Positions 1-9,985 are shown, counted from the first letter of the stretch. The stretch is DNA of 64,000 bases from Acidimicrobiaceae bacterium (GCA_009842325.1 VYFQ01000024.1:137419-201418), one strand, 5' to 3'. The notes: generated by a model from the sequence alone, not told the origin. Made by a program: numbers and translations.

Positions 1-1023
1 CGCACTGGGGGCTCAGGCACAGCCGGTCGGCGTCCACATAGGCCGAGGCTTCCTCGATGCGGGCCAGCAGGTCATCGGCCGGCTCCAGTTCAGGGCGCTT
101 CGTGGTGACCAGACCGAGCACCACCGTCTTGTTGCCGGGTACGAACCGCAGCGGACTGAAGTCACCCGACCGCTCGTCGTCGTACTCCAGGAAGTAGGCG
201 TCGACCTCAAGTTCGTTGAACAGCACTTCGGCCACCGGCTCGTACCCGCCCGAGGCGAACCAGGCGGACTTGAAGTTGCCCCGGCACAGATGCACGGCCA
301 CCGTGAGATCTGCGGGACGATCGCGCAGCGCCGAGTTGATGAGCGCGGCGTAGGTCCTCGGCAGTTCGTCGGGGTCGTCACCCCTGTCCACCGCTCCCTG
401 GCGCATCTGGGGGTCGCACAGGTACGCCAGGTTGGTGTCGTCCATCTGGACATAACGACAGCCGGCGCCGTACAGCGTGGCGATCTCGTCCCGGTAGCAC
501 TGGGCCAGGTCTTCGAAGAACTCGTCCAGGTCGGGATAGGACTCGATGTCGATGCCGGCCCGCCCGCCGCGGAAGTGCGCCATGGTGGGCGAAGGGATGC
601 ACACCTTGGGATGCCGCTGCGTGCAGCCGGCCAGGAAGCGGTAGTCGTCGGCCTGGATGGGATGGCGGTGCCGGAGCTTGCCGGTCACGGTGATGCGGGG
701 CGGGGCCATGCCCACCGTCTGTTGGGAGTCCGAGCTGGAGGCGATGGCACCGGTGACGGTGATCCCGGCGAGCTCCTGGAGGAAGTCCAGGTGGAACCAG
801 GCTCGGCGGAACTCGCCGTCGGTGATGCTGCGGATGCCGGTGGCCTCCAAGCGGGGAACCATGGCTGCTATCGCCGCGTCCTCCACCGCCCGCTTCTCAA
901 GTGCGGTGATGTCCCCGGCCGCAGCCCGCTGGCGGGCGTCGAGCACCTCCGGTGGACGTAGCAGCGAACCTACGTGATCGGCCCGGAAGGGCGGGTCGAG
1001 TGCCGCGGTTGCGGCCTTGGACA
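1..1023 (-). CDS. cobalamin-independent methionine synthase II-like protein (MetE C-terminal / COG0620 family); 3' end cut by window edge
   Basis: Not in the ORF track because it runs off the edge. Own translation from ATG (revcomp of 1021..1023): MSKAATAALDPPFRADHVGSLLRPPEVLDARQ...FHLDFLQEL...AYFLEYDDERSGDF...LCLSPQC. The HVGSLLRP and CLSPQC motifs are typical of the family. Confidence 0.8.
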
Positions 1024-1126
1024 TGCGGAACCCCTGTTGGTAGCGTCACGCGTCCATTGATTGTGCCACCCACGCGCGGCCGAGGCGGTGGTGGGAGGCC
1101 CCATTAGGTCTCACAGAGGGGGAGAC

Positions 1127-2356
1127 ATGACTAGACGGACGCAACGCTGGATGCGGCTCACTGCGGTGCTGCTCGTGCTCGGTCTGCTCGCTGCGGCCTG
1201 CGGGGACGACGACGAGGTCGCCGAGCCGGCGGAAGCTCCGGCCACGACCGCCGCGCCCGCACCGGAGCCCGAGGAGGAGATGGCCGAACCCGAAGAGGAA
1301 ATGGCCGAGGAAGAGATGGCCGAACCCGAAGAGGAAATGGCCGAAGAGGAGATGGCCGAACCCGAAGAGGAAATGGCCGAGGAAGAGATGGCCGAACCCG
1401 AGCCGGTCGACTTCGGGGACTCGGTGACCGTGAACCTGGGTCACCCGTTCCCAGCGCGGCATCCCATCCAGGCCCGGGCGCTCGAGCCGTGGTCGGCGCT
1501 GGTCAACGAAGTGACCGGCGGCACCGTGACGGTCGAGTTCTTCGCCGGTGGCGCGCTGGGGCCCGCTCCCCAGACCTACGAGAACGCGGTATCGGGCGCG
1601 GCCGACATCGGGTGGGCGCTGCAGGGCTACACCCCGGGACGTTTCCCGGTCACCGACGTGATCGAGATGCCTTTCACCTTCTCCAGTGCCTCCCAGGCCA
1701 CCGATGTGCTGTGGACGCTCTACGAGGAGTTCGAGGAGTTCCAGAACGAGTACTCCGACGTCAAGCTGCTCGGCATGTGGGTGCACGACGTCGGCGACAT
1801 GTGGATCGCCAAGGGTCGCGTCGACACCATCTCCGACATCGACGGCCTTACGTTGCGGGCCCCGAGCCCCGTTCAGAACGCGGTGATCTCGGCCTTGGGC
1901 GGCAATCCGGTGGGCATGCCCGCCCCGGAGCTGTACGACTCGCTGGAGCGGGGCGTCATCGACGGACTGTTCATCGCCAACTCGGGCCTCTCGAGCTTCA
2001 ACCTCTACGAGGTGCTCGAGAGCGGCGTGCACTGCAACTGCTACGTCGCGGCGCAGTTCCTGGCCATGAACCTCGACACGTGGAACAGCCTGTCTGACGC
2101 ACAGCGGGCCGCCATCGACGAAGTGTCGGGCCGGGTGATGTCGATGAACGCCGCGGCCGTCTACGACGCCGCCTACGAGTCCGCGGCCCAGAGGGTCGTG
2201 GAGGCCGGCATCGAGAAGGTCCAACTCGACGAGGCCGAATTCGCTCAGTGGCGGGCAGCCACGCAGGGCGTGATCGACAGCTGGATCGCGGACAACTCCG
2301 GCAACTTCAGGTCGCAGGAGATGTATGACCGCATGCTGGAGCTGGCTGCCGGCTGA
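1127..2356 (+). CDS. TRAP transporter solute-binding subunit (DctP family), lipoprotein with acidic repeat linker
   Basis: ATG at 1127 preceded by GGGGGAG. Signal peptide plus lipobox: MTRRTQRWMRLTAVLLVLGLLAAAC. DctP-like core: GHPFPARHPIQ...TVEFFAGGALG...YENAVSGAADIGW. Followed by DctQ/DctM genes. Confidence 0.85.
   Translation: MTRRTQRWMRLTAVLLVLGLLAAACGDDDEVAEPAEAPATTAAPAPEPEEEMAEPEEEMAEEEMAEPEEEMAEEEMAEPEEEMAEEEMAEPEPVDFGDSVTVNLGHPFPARHPIQARALEPWSALVNEVTGGTVTVEFFAGGALGPAPQTYENAVSGAADIGWALQGYTPGRFPVTDVIEMPFTFSSASQATDVLWTLYEEFEEFQNEYSDVKLLGMWVHDVGDMWIAKGRVDTISDIDGLTLRAPSPVQNAVISALGGNPVGMPAPELYDSLERGVIDGLFIANSGLSSFNLYEVLESGVHCNCYVAAQFLAMNLDTWNSLSDAQRAAIDEVSGRVMSMNAAAVYDAAYESAAQRVVEAGIEKVQLDEAEFAQWRAATQGVIDSWIADNSGNFRSQEMYDRMLELAAG
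1271..1402 (+). repeat. in-frame 36-nt tandem repeat (about 3.5 units) encoding (AEPEEEMAEEEM)n
   Basis: Unit gccgaacccgaagaggaaatggccgaRgaRgagatg recurs at 1283, 1319 and 1355, with partial units at both ends. It lies directly after the lipobox Cys. Confidence 0.9.
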
Positions 2357-2386
2357 GGAGAGCGGAGCGCCACTGAGCGCTAAGAA

Positions 2387-2953
2387 GTGCGGCAACGCGT
2401 AGACAGCGCGGTCGGGGTCGTCCGCCGCGTCAACCGGGCGGCCCACCACATCGCGGGCGCGGCGCTGATCGCCATGCTCGCCCTCACAGTGGTGGACATC
2501 CTGGGGCGCTGGCTGTTCAACTCGCCGGTGGCGGGAACGGTCGAGACCATCCCGCTGCTGCTGGTGATCGTGGTGTTCTTCGGCTTCGCCCATGCCCAGC
2601 ACATGGGCGACCACATCGCCGTTGACCTGCTGTTCTCAAGGCTGGGAGCTCGTTCCCAGCACGTGTTGAACATCTTCAGCCACCTGTTCAGCCTGGTGGT
2701 GCTGGCGCTGGTCACCTGGCAACTCTGGAAGTACGCAGGTGTGCAGGACCGGGGCGGCTACGCCACCGCAGTCATTGAGTGGCCTGTCCACTGGTTCGTC
2801 CGGATCGCCACGCTGGGCTCGGCGCTGCTCTGGGTCGCCACTCTGGCCGAGACCGTCGCCGAGCTGTGCGGTTCGGGCGCGCAGGACGTCGAGCGGGAGG
2901 CAGCCGCGGTCAGCGGCGCTGGTGGCGAGACAGAATCCGAGAGAGACCGATGA
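2387..2953 (+). CDS. TRAP transporter small permease (DctQ family)
   Basis: 188 aa with 4 hydrophobic segments (AALIAMLALTVVDILGRW..., IPLLLVIVVFFGFAHAQ...). The stop overlaps the DctM start (ATGA at 2950..2953). Confidence 0.8.
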   Translation: MRQRVDSAVGVVRRVNRAAHHIAGAALIAMLALTVVDILGRWLFNSPVAGTVETIPLLLVIVVFFGFAHAQHMGDHIAVDLLFSRLGARSQHVLNIFSHLFSLVVLALVTWQLWKYAGVQDRGGYATAVIEWPVHWFVRIATLGSALLWVATLAETVAELCGSGAQDVEREAAAVSGAGGETESERDR

Positions 2954-4248
2954 GCCCCGAGACGATCGGCCTCATCGGCTTCGCGGTGATGCTGGCGCTG
3001 CTCGCACTGAGGGTCCCGGTGGCCGTCGCCATGATCTCCGTGGCGGTTGTGGGCTACGGCCAGATCGTCAACAACGACGCCGCCCTGGCCCGGCTGGGCG
3101 CCGACGCGTTCAACGGCGCCGCCTCCTACAACCTCTCGGTGATCGCGCTGTTCGTGCTCATGGGGCTGCTGCTGGCCGCGGCCGGGCTGGGCGTGGATTC
3201 CTACCGGGCCCTCGACGTGTTCCTATGGCGAACGCGGGGCGGGTTGGCTGTGGCGACCCTGGGCGCGTCAGCGATGTTCGCCTCGGTGAGCGGCTCCGCG
3301 GTGGCCTCCGCCACCACCATGTCGGTTGTGGCCGTGCCGGAGATGCGCAAGTACGGCTACAACGCCGGTCTCTCCGCGGCGTGCGCCGCGGTCGGAGGCA
3401 CGCTCGGAGCGCTGATACCTCCCAGCGCGGTGCTGGTGCTGTACGGCGTGCTCACCGAGGAGCCCATCGGCGACCTGCTGCTGGCCGGCATCATGCCGGG
3501 TGTCCTCACTGCGGTCCTGCTGATGGCCACGGCGTACGTGGTGATCAGACGCCGTCCGGATCTGGGCGCGGATTCCTTCTCAAAGCCCGACCTGGGGTGG
3601 TTTGCCGCGGTGAGGCTGGTGTGGGCCGTGCCGGTGATCTTCTTCGTGAGCATGGGCGGGATCTTCTACGGGGTATTCACGCCGACGGAGGCCGGTGCGG
3701 CCGGCGCCGGACTGGCCCTCATCTACGGGGTCGGCACCCGCCGGCTCAAGTGGAGGGGGTTCGTGGACGCCCTGAGCCGCACCGTGCGCACCACCGCCTT
3801 CATCTTCCTGCTGGTCATCGCCGGAAAGATCTTCGGCTTCTTCCTGGCCGTGTCGAGGATCCCTTTCGAGGTGACCGAGTTCGTCGCAGGCATCAACGCC
3901 CCCCGCTGGGCCGTCGTGGCCGTCATCTTCGCGGTTTACTTCATCCTCGGGGCCCTGATGGACGAGATCGCCATCCTGGTGATCATGACGCCCATCGTGT
4001 ACCCGGTTGTAATCGACCTCGGCTACGACGGCGTGTGGTTCGGGGTGCTGACCATCATGATGCTGCTGACCGGACTGATCACGCCGCCGGTGGGGCTCAT
4101 CACCTTCGTGGTGTCGGGCGTGACCGAGATCCCGCTGGCCCAGGTGTTCAGAGGGCTCATGCCGTTCATCGCGGCCCTCAGCGCGGCGATCCTCATCATG
4201 ATCGCCTCCCCCGACATCGCCCTCTGGCTGCCGGGAATGGCCAGCTGA
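2950..4248 (+). CDS. TRAP transporter large permease (DctM family)
   Basis: Internal ATG at 2950 of ORF 2779..4248: MSPETIGLIGFAVMLALLALRVPVAVAM... It is polytopic, with typical DctM segments (SGSAVASATTMSVVAVPEM, ILVIMTPIVYPV). Confidence 0.9.
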   Translation: MSPETIGLIGFAVMLALLALRVPVAVAMISVAVVGYGQIVNNDAALARLGADAFNGAASYNLSVIALFVLMGLLLAAAGLGVDSYRALDVFLWRTRGGLAVATLGASAMFASVSGSAVASATTMSVVAVPEMRKYGYNAGLSAACAAVGGTLGALIPPSAVLVLYGVLTEEPIGDLLLAGIMPGVLTAVLLMATAYVVIRRRPDLGADSFSKPDLGWFAAVRLVWAVPVIFFVSMGGIFYGVFTPTEAGAAGAGLALIYGVGTRRLKWRGFVDALSRTVRTTAFIFLLVIAGKIFGFFLAVSRIPFEVTEFVAGINAPRWAVVAVIFAVYFILGALMDEIAILVIMTPIVYPVVIDLGYDGVWFGVLTIMMLLTGLITPPVGLITFVVSGVTEIPLAQVFRGLMPFIAALSAAILIMIASPDIALWLPGMAS

Positions 4249-4272
4249 ACCCCGGCTACCGGAGCGGCCCGG

Positions 4273-5064
4273 CTAGGGCTCCGCGGGTTCCAGCCCGTGG
4301 CGCTGCAGCAGCAGGTGTGACGACAGCCCGCCGTCGAGGGTGAGGTTGGCGCCCCGGAACCATCGCGCTGCGTCGGTGTGCAGGAAGGCCACCACGCCGG
4401 CGATGTCGTCGGGGCGGGCGTGACGGTCCATGACCTTCTCGGCGGCTGCGGCCCGCTCGATCCTGGCCATGAAGTCCGGCAGCAGCGGCGTGTCGACCGC
4501 GGCCGGGCTCAGGCAGTTCATGCGGATGCCCCGGTCCCGCCACCGCCAACGGCCGGCCATGGTGTACACCTGCACGCACTGCTTGGACAGGAAGTAGCTA
4601 CGAGCTCCCTCCTCTAGCCGGTGACGGCGGCAGAACCCGGCGATGTCGTCGCCGTAGTCGAGAGTCAGGAACTCCTTGACCAGTTCCACCGACTCCGCCC
4701 AGTCCATGCCGGCCATGGACGCCATGTTGGTGATGGCCGAGCCCTCGCTCAGGCGCGGCGCCAGGCGCTCTGTCAGCCGGCGCAGGGCCAGCACGTTGAC
4801 CGTCATCACGTCGACCGGGGGTGCCGTGGGCGGCAACCCAGCGATGTTGCACAGCCCGTCGACTCGGCCGGGCAGAGCCTCGTCGACCAGCGAATCGATG
4901 GCTGCCGGATCCCGCAGATCGACGAGATGGTGCTCGTCCACGCCCCGGGCAGGGTTCCGGTCGACTCCCACCACCGCCGCGCCCTGACGCCGCAACTCGG
5001 CGGCCGTCTCCGCGCCGATCCCCGACGCACAGCCGGTGACGACGATCGTGCGTCCGGTGAGCAT
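4273..5064 (-). CDS. short-chain dehydrogenase/reductase (SDR)
   Basis: Only the last 263 codons of ORF 4273..6099 look real: MLTGRTIVVTGCASGIGAE (TGxxxGIG), YFLSK (YxxxK), PAAVDTP. ATG verified at 5064..5062. Confidence 0.85.
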   Translation of the reverse strand: MLTGRTIVVTGCASGIGAETAAELRRQGAAVVGVDRNPARGVDEHHLVDLRDPAAIDSLVDEALPGRVDGLCNIAGLPPTAPPVDVMTVNVLALRRLTERLAPRLSEGSAITNMASMAGMDWAESVELVKEFLTLDYGDDIAGFCRRHRLEEGARSYFLSKQCVQVYTMAGRWRWRDRGIRMNCLSPAAVDTPLLPDFMARIERAAAAEKVMDRHARPDDIAGVVAFLHTDAARWFRGANLTLDGGLSSHLLLQRHGLEPAEP

Positions 5065-5220
5065 CACCCCATTGTCGCCGAGATCACGAACTAGTCGCCA
5101 TCGCGGTGAGCCTTCACGACATGGAATCTCCGCTCGGTTTGAGGCGCGCGAGTGGTCGGCCAGCGGCACGCGGTGAAAGGGTTGGATCCCAGATTGGTCA
5201 TCGCACGGAGGAGAGATGAG

Positions 5221-6444
5221 ATGGGTGACCTGAATACAGCCGCTGATGCGGTGTTGGACGGCGTTGTATCGGGGTCGCCGCGAGTGCCCGGCGTGGCCGC
5301 GGTCGCCACCGACCGCGACGGCGTCATCTATGCGGGCGCCCGGGGCGAGCGCGTTCTCGGGGGCGATGCCTTCACCACCGACACGGTGTGTGCAATCTTC
5401 TCGACCACCAAGGCCATCGGGGGCACCGCCTGCCTGCAGCTGGTCGAGCAGGGCGACCTTGACCTTGACGCTCCGGCTAAGGAGTACGTGCCGAGGATCG
5501 GCGGGCTGGGCGTGCTCGAGGGATTCGACGACGATGGATCGCCCAGACTGCGCCCGCCCAGGAGCGACGTCACGACGCGTCAACTTCTGACCCACACCGC
5601 CGGGCTCACGTACGACTTCTTCAACGACACGTACACGAGACTGGCCAACGAGCAGGGTCAGCCCTGGGTGGTGGAGGCCTCGTACGCCTCCATCGAGACG
5701 CCCCTGCTCTTCGACCCGGGCGAGCAGTGGGAGTACGGCTCCAACATCGACTGGGCCGGTCTGGTGGTGGAGGGCATCACCGGCAAGCGGCTTGGCGACG
5801 TGTTCGCGGAGCGGATCCTGGGCCCGCTGGGCATGGACTCGACTGCCTTCTCGATGACCCCGGCGATGCGGGAGCGCATGGCGACGATCCACGCACGCGA
5901 GGACTCCGACGGGTCTCTCATACCGCTTCCCGGGGTGGAACTGCCGCCAGATCCGGAGATTCACATGGCCGGCCACGGCCTCTACGGCACGGCTGAGGAC
6001 TACGCGAAGTTCATCCGCATGTGGCTCAACGACGGAGCCGGCCCCGGCGGCGAGCAGATCCTCAGGCCCGAGACGGTCGAGATAGCGTGCCGGAACCACC
6101 TGCCCGAGGGCATGTTCATCAAGATGCTGCCCGGTCTGGGCGCCACCGAGGTGGCCAAGACGGTGCTTCCGGTGTCGAACCCGCGCCTGTCCAACGACGC
6201 CGAGTTCTTCCCGGGAATGCCGAAGACCTGGGCTCTCACCTTCATGATCAACGAGGAGGAGGCACCCACCGGTCGGCCCGCGGGCGCGCTGGCGTGGGCC
6301 GGGCTGGCCAACCTGTACTTCTGGATCGACCGGGCCAACGGAGTGGGCGGCTTCTGGGCCACCCAGATCTTCCCGTTCGCCGACCCCACCTCGGTGGGAG
6401 GGTTCCTCGACTTCGAGAAGGCGGTCTACGACAACGCGGCCTAG
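5221..6444 (+). CDS. serine hydrolase, beta-lactamase/esterase (class C-related) family
   Basis: ATG at 5221 after GGAGGAGAG. SxxK motif in [27 protein letters not shown], plus LLTHTAGL. Confidence 0.85.
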   Translation: MGDLNTAADAVLDGVVSGSPRVPGVAAVATDRDGVIYAGARGERVLGGDAFTTDTVCAIFSTTKAIGGTACLQLVEQGDLDLDAPAKEYVPRIGGLGVLEGFDDDGSPRLRPPRSDVTTRQLLTHTAGLTYDFFNDTYTRLANEQGQPWVVEASYASIETPLLFDPGEQWEYGSNIDWAGLVVEGITGKRLGDVFAERILGPLGMDSTAFSMTPAMRERMATIHAREDSDGSLIPLPGVELPPDPEIHMAGHGLYGTAEDYAKFIRMWLNDGAGPGGEQILRPETVEIACRNHLPEGMFIKMLPGLGATEVAKTVLPVSNPRLSNDAEFFPGMPKTWALTFMINEEEAPTGRPAGALAWAGLANLYFWIDRANGVGGFWATQIFPFADPTSVGGFLDFEKAVYDNAA

Positions 6445-6914
6445 TCCGAGCGGGACTGGATGTCGGATAGGACCTGCGCAGCGTGGCCGGCTAGGTCCTG
6501 GCCCGCGAGATCGTAGGTCGCCGCGATACTGCCCTCGGGGTCGATCAGGTAGGTGATGCGGCGAGGCAGCCCGTACTCGTAGTAGTCCTCCCCCGGCTCG
6601 CGCTCGGCGTGATAGCGCCGGCCGATGGACTTGTCAGGGTCGCTGATCAATGCGAAGGGGAAACTCTCGGTCTCGGCGAAGGCCAGCTGATCTTCGACCG
6701 TGTCGAACGATGCCCCGACCACGACTGCGCCGGCTTCCTCGAACTCCGGGGCTCGGTCACGGAACCCCCTGCCCTCCTTGGTTCAACCGGCGGTGGAGGC
6801 CTTGGGGTACCACCACAGCACCACCCAGCTGCCTCGGAGGTCCGTGAGACACACGTTGTTGCCGTGCTGGTCGGGTGCCTTGAAGTCAGGAGCCCGCGAA
6901 TCCACATCAAGCAT
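6441..6914 (-). CDS. bcp: Bcp-type peroxiredoxin with in-frame TGA (6783..6785) at the peroxidatic-Cys position; candidate selenoprotein, or a nonsense pseudogene
   Basis: The tail of ORF 6783..7622 ([43 protein letters not shown]) and ORF 6441..6722 are in the same frame (342 nt apart). Read-through gives YPKASTAG-[TGA][27 protein letters not shown]. This aligns with E. coli Bcp YPKAMTPG-C-TVQACGLRD. Total length is 157 codons, normal for Bcp. Confidence 0.75.
6748..6768 (-). promoter_or_regulatory. candidate bacterial SECIS-like hairpin downstream of the in-frame UGA
   Basis: mRNA: UGA-N13-GGGGUUC-CGUGACC-GAGCCCC. The stem is 7 bp (4 GC, 1 GU, 1 UA, 1 CG) with a 7-nt loop containing GU about 20-27 nt after UGA. 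Confidence 0.35.
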
Positions 6915-6977
6915 GGGCGGCAAGCTACCGGAGCGAAACAGTTGCCGGCCGCAACGGCCGCTTAGTCTGGCTTGCCG

Positions 6978-8393
6978 ATGACGTTCGTGGCCGAGCTGCG
7001 CTCTGATCTCGGCCCGGCCGGGATTCTCACCGGATCGGATGCCGCGCCCTATCTGACGGGCCAGCGAGGCTTGTTCTCCGGGGAGGCCCTGGCCGTGGTC
7101 CGTCCGGCCTCCGTCGATGAAACCGCTCGCGTGGTGCAGGCGTGCGCGGCCTACGGGGTGGCCATCGTGCCCCAGGGCGGCAATACGGGCATGTCCGGCG
7201 GCGCCGTCCCGACCGCCGGCGACACCCCGATGCCGGCGATCGTGCTGTCGATGAGCCGCATGAACCGGATCGTGTCTGTGGACCCCGACCGCTGGACCGT
7301 CACCGCCGAGGCCGGTGCCACCATCGGGGCGCTGCAGCAGGCCACGGACGCGGCCAACCGCCAGTTCGCGCCGGACTGGGGCGCAAGGGGTACCGCCACC
7401 GTCGGCGGAGCAATTGCCACCAACGCCGGAGGCAACAACGTGCTGCGCTACGGCACGATGCGCGACCAGGTGCTCGGACTGGAGGCAGTGCTGGCCGACG
7501 GGCGGGTGTGGGACGGGCTGCGAGCCCTGCGCAAGGACTCGTCGGGCTACGACCTCAAGCATCTCTTCATCGGCGCGGAGGGCACCCTCGGGGTGGTGAC
7601 CCGGGCAGTGCTGCGCCTGCACCCGGCCACGCCCAACGCCCAGAGCGCCCTGGCCGCTATATCCGGGCTCGGCAGCCTGATGCGGTTGCTGGAGCTGGCC
7701 TCAGCCCGCTGCGGCGGCGATGTGACTGCGTTCGAGCTCGTCCCCGATGTCGGGCTCGCGAGGGTGTGTGAGAAGCTCGGCCTCTCCCGTCCCCTACAAG
7801 CCGGGGCCGAGTTCTACGTCCTGTTGCGGCTGGCCTCGGCCGAGCCGGTGTCGGAGCGGCTGGGGGCGTTCCTTGCCGAGGCTTCCGAGCGCGGCTGGGT
7901 GACCGACGCGGCCGTGGCTGTGACGGAGGAGCACACCGAACGGCTGTGGACCATCCGAGACGAGTTGTCGCCGATGTTCCTGTGGGCGCAACACGAGCAC
8001 GGCCTCAAGTTCGACAACGCGGTGCCGATCGACCGTCTCGGGCCCTACCACGACGAGGTCCGCCGCATCGCGGCCGAACTGGCGCCCGGTGCGCTGACCT
8101 ACGGGTTCGGTCATGTCGGCGACGGGAACATCCACCTGTACGTCCTACCCACCCGCGACGAACAGGTGGAGCCGTTCCTGGCCGTGCGCGACCAGCTTCA
8201 GGAGCGGATCGACGAGGTCACCTTCCGCTTCGGGGGCACCCTCAGCGCCGAACACGGCATCGGCCAACTCCTCCAAGGCCGCATCCGGCCCCAGAAACCC
8301 CCCGTCGAGTGGGAGCTCATGCGATCCGTCAAGGACGCCCTCGACCCCCAAGGCATCATGAACCCCCACAAGACCCTGCCCGCCGGGCCTTGA
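6978..8393 (+). CDS. FAD-linked oxidase (GlcD / D-2-hydroxyacid dehydrogenase family)
   Basis: FAD-binding PCMH-type N-terminus (VRPASVDETARVVQACAAYGVAIVPQGGNTG...GGAIATNAGG) and C-terminal GTLSAEHGIG...DPQGIMNPHK. Alternative TTG start at 6972. Confidence 0.85.
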   Translation: MTFVAELRSDLGPAGILTGSDAAPYLTGQRGLFSGEALAVVRPASVDETARVVQACAAYGVAIVPQGGNTGMSGGAVPTAGDTPMPAIVLSMSRMNRIVSVDPDRWTVTAEAGATIGALQQATDAANRQFAPDWGARGTATVGGAIATNAGGNNVLRYGTMRDQVLGLEAVLADGRVWDGLRALRKDSSGYDLKHLFIGAEGTLGVVTRAVLRLHPATPNAQSALAAISGLGSLMRLLELASARCGGDVTAFELVPDVGLARVCEKLGLSRPLQAGAEFYVLLRLASAEPVSERLGAFLAEASERGWVTDAAVAVTEEHTERLWTIRDELSPMFLWAQHEHGLKFDNAVPIDRLGPYHDEVRRIAAELAPGALTYGFGHVGDGNIHLYVLPTRDEQVEPFLAVRDQLQERIDEVTFRFGGTLSAEHGIGQLLQGRIRPQKPPVEWELMRSVKDALDPQGIMNPHKTLPAGP

Positions 8394-8423
8394 CGTGCCG
8401 TTGGCTCTGTACCTAGCGAACGG

Positions 8424-9908
8424 CTAGGAGAGCCAGTTGATGGCTTGGATCTCGGTGTAGGCCTCGATGCCCCACTTGCCCCGGTCGCGACCGATGCCCG
8501 ACATCTTGAAGCCGCCGAAGGGCGCGTACATGTGGGGTTGCACCGTGTTGAGGGCCACGTTGCCCGACTCCAGGCGGCTGCCGATCTCGTAGGCCCGCTT
8601 GGCGTCGCCCGCATACACGTAGGAGAACAGCCCGTAGTCGGAGTCATTGGCCAGCGCCACGGCCTCGTCGTCGTCATCATGGCCCAGCACCACCACCACG
8701 GGGCCGAAGGCCTCCTGTTGCACCACTTCCATGTCGGGTGTGACGTCCGCCAGCAGGGTGGGGGCTACGAAGCAGCCGGGCAGGTCGGGGCGCTCCCCGC
8801 CGCACACCGCGGTCGCGCCCGCGTCAACGCCGCCCGCGATGAATGCCTCCACCCGATCGCGGTGGACCTCGGTGATGACCGGGCCGACGATCGTGTCGGG
8901 CGCACGGCCGTCGCCCACCTTCATGAAGCTTGCGAAGGTCTTGAGCGTCTCCACGGTCTGGTCGAGGATGCTGCGGTGGCAGATGACCCGGGTCGGGGCG
9001 GTGCAGATCTGGCCCGAGTGGAGTCCCCAGGTGGTGGCGATGCCCATGCAGGCCGCGCTCACGTCGGCGTCCTCGGTCATCACCAGCGCGCCCTTGCCGC
9101 CGAGCTCCATCAGCACCCGCTTCATGGTGGCCGCGCCGTCGGCATAGATCCGGGCGCCGACGGCGGTCGAGCCGGTGAACGACACCATGTTCACGTCACG
9201 GGAGGCCACCAGGGCCGCAGGTGCCTCCGGCCCGGAGCCGGTGACGATGTTGACCACGCCCTCACCCAGACCGGCCTCGGCCACGGCCTCGCCGAGCAGC
9301 AGCACACCCAGCGGATCCTGGGGGGCGGGCTTGATGACCACCGTGTTGCCCGCGGCCAGCGCCGGGGCGACCTTGCCGGCCACGTTCACCAGCGGCATGT
9401 TGTACGGGGTGATGCAGGCCACCACCCCGACGGGATGGCGCTTCACCGTGGCCGCTATCAATCCGGCCGGACCGAGTGCGCCGGCCTCAGCCGGCAGCGG
9501 GGCCACGTCCTCGTCGACGTTGATGGGTCGCGAGTAGTAGCGGAACCGTTCGATCATGGGCCCGCCCACCTGAAGTCCCTTGGCGATGGAGGTCACCGAG
9601 CCGGTCTCGGCCTGCACCAGTTCGAGCCACGACGGGGCCATGCGCTCGATCACATCGGCGAGGCGGGCCAAGCGGTTGCCGCGCTCCTCGGGGCTGAGGG
9701 CCCGCCACCGGGGAAGAGCCTCGCGGGCCGCCCGGGCTGCGTCGTTGGCCTGAGCCCCGGTCGCCTCGGGGGCGTGGCCCACCACGGTGCCGTCGTTGGG
9801 GTCGATGACCGGGTAGGTCCCCGCCGCCGGGGCGACCCACTCCCCGCCGATCAGGAGCTTCCAGGCCCGCTCGGTGTCAATGGCCGTGCCGTCGCTACTG
9901 TTGTGCAC
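8424..9908 (-). CDS. aldehyde dehydrogenase family protein
   Basis: WKLLIGGEWV, FTGSTAVG, ELGGKG, catalytic Cys in GQICTAPTR. The ORF-track start at 9968 would leave only 17 nt to the divergent thiolase gene. The GTG at 9908 gives a typical N-terminus, but the start remains uncertain. Confidence 0.85.
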   Translation of the reverse strand: MHNSSDGTAIDTERAWKLLIGGEWVAPAAGTYPVIDPNDGTVVGHAPEATGAQANDAARAAREALPRWRALSPEERGNRLARLADVIERMAPSWLELVQAETGSVTSIAKGLQVGGPMIERFRYYSRPINVDEDVAPLPAEAGALGPAGLIAATVKRHPVGVVACITPYNMPLVNVAGKVAPALAAGNTVVIKPAPQDPLGVLLLGEAVAEAGLGEGVVNIVTGSGPEAPAALVASRDVNMVSFTGSTAVGARIYADGAATMKRVLMELGGKGALVMTEDADVSAACMGIATTWGLHSGQICTAPTRVICHRSILDQTVETLKTFASFMKVGDGRAPDTIVGPVITEVHRDRVEAFIAGGVDAGATAVCGGERPDLPGCFVAPTLLADVTPDMEVVQQEAFGPVVVVLGHDDDDEAVALANDSDYGLFSYVYAGDAKRAYEIGSRLESGNVALNTVQPHMYAPFGGFKMSGIGRDRGKWGIEAYTEIQAINWLS

Positions 9909-9985
9909 CGGCGCGAGCCTATGCAGGCCCGCATCGACCCGGCGCACGCCCGCCAACGAACCCCCCAAACCCGCAAGGAGCCGTC

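Noticed and set aside
1024-1126. Possible cobalamin or SAM riboswitch upstream of the MetE-like gene.
   Set aside because: The 103-nt divergent intergenic region is too short, and no B12-box or SAM-IV-like conserved blocks were seen.
5065-6099. The upstream 345 codons of ORF 4273..6099(-), the upstream part of 43514..45631(-), of 28250..30376(+) up to about 29500, and of 17996..19987(+) up to 18661.
   Set aside because: Only the portions with recognisable domains (SDR, alpha/beta hydrolase, membrane protein, MATE) were kept. The extensions overlap well-supported genes on the other strand and look non-protein-like.
6441-6444. CTAG tetranucleotide shared by convergent stop codons (beta-lactamase-like/bcp here; mcrC-like/SnoaL-like at 54981..54984).
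   Set aside because: This is a curiosity of tight gene packing, with overlapping TAG stops on both strands. No functional implication is evident.
6915-7622. The N-terminal 236 codons of ORF 6783..7622(-).
   Set aside because: They are antisense to the FAD-linked oxidase. Only the last 43 codons ([11 protein letters not shown]...) belong to bcp.
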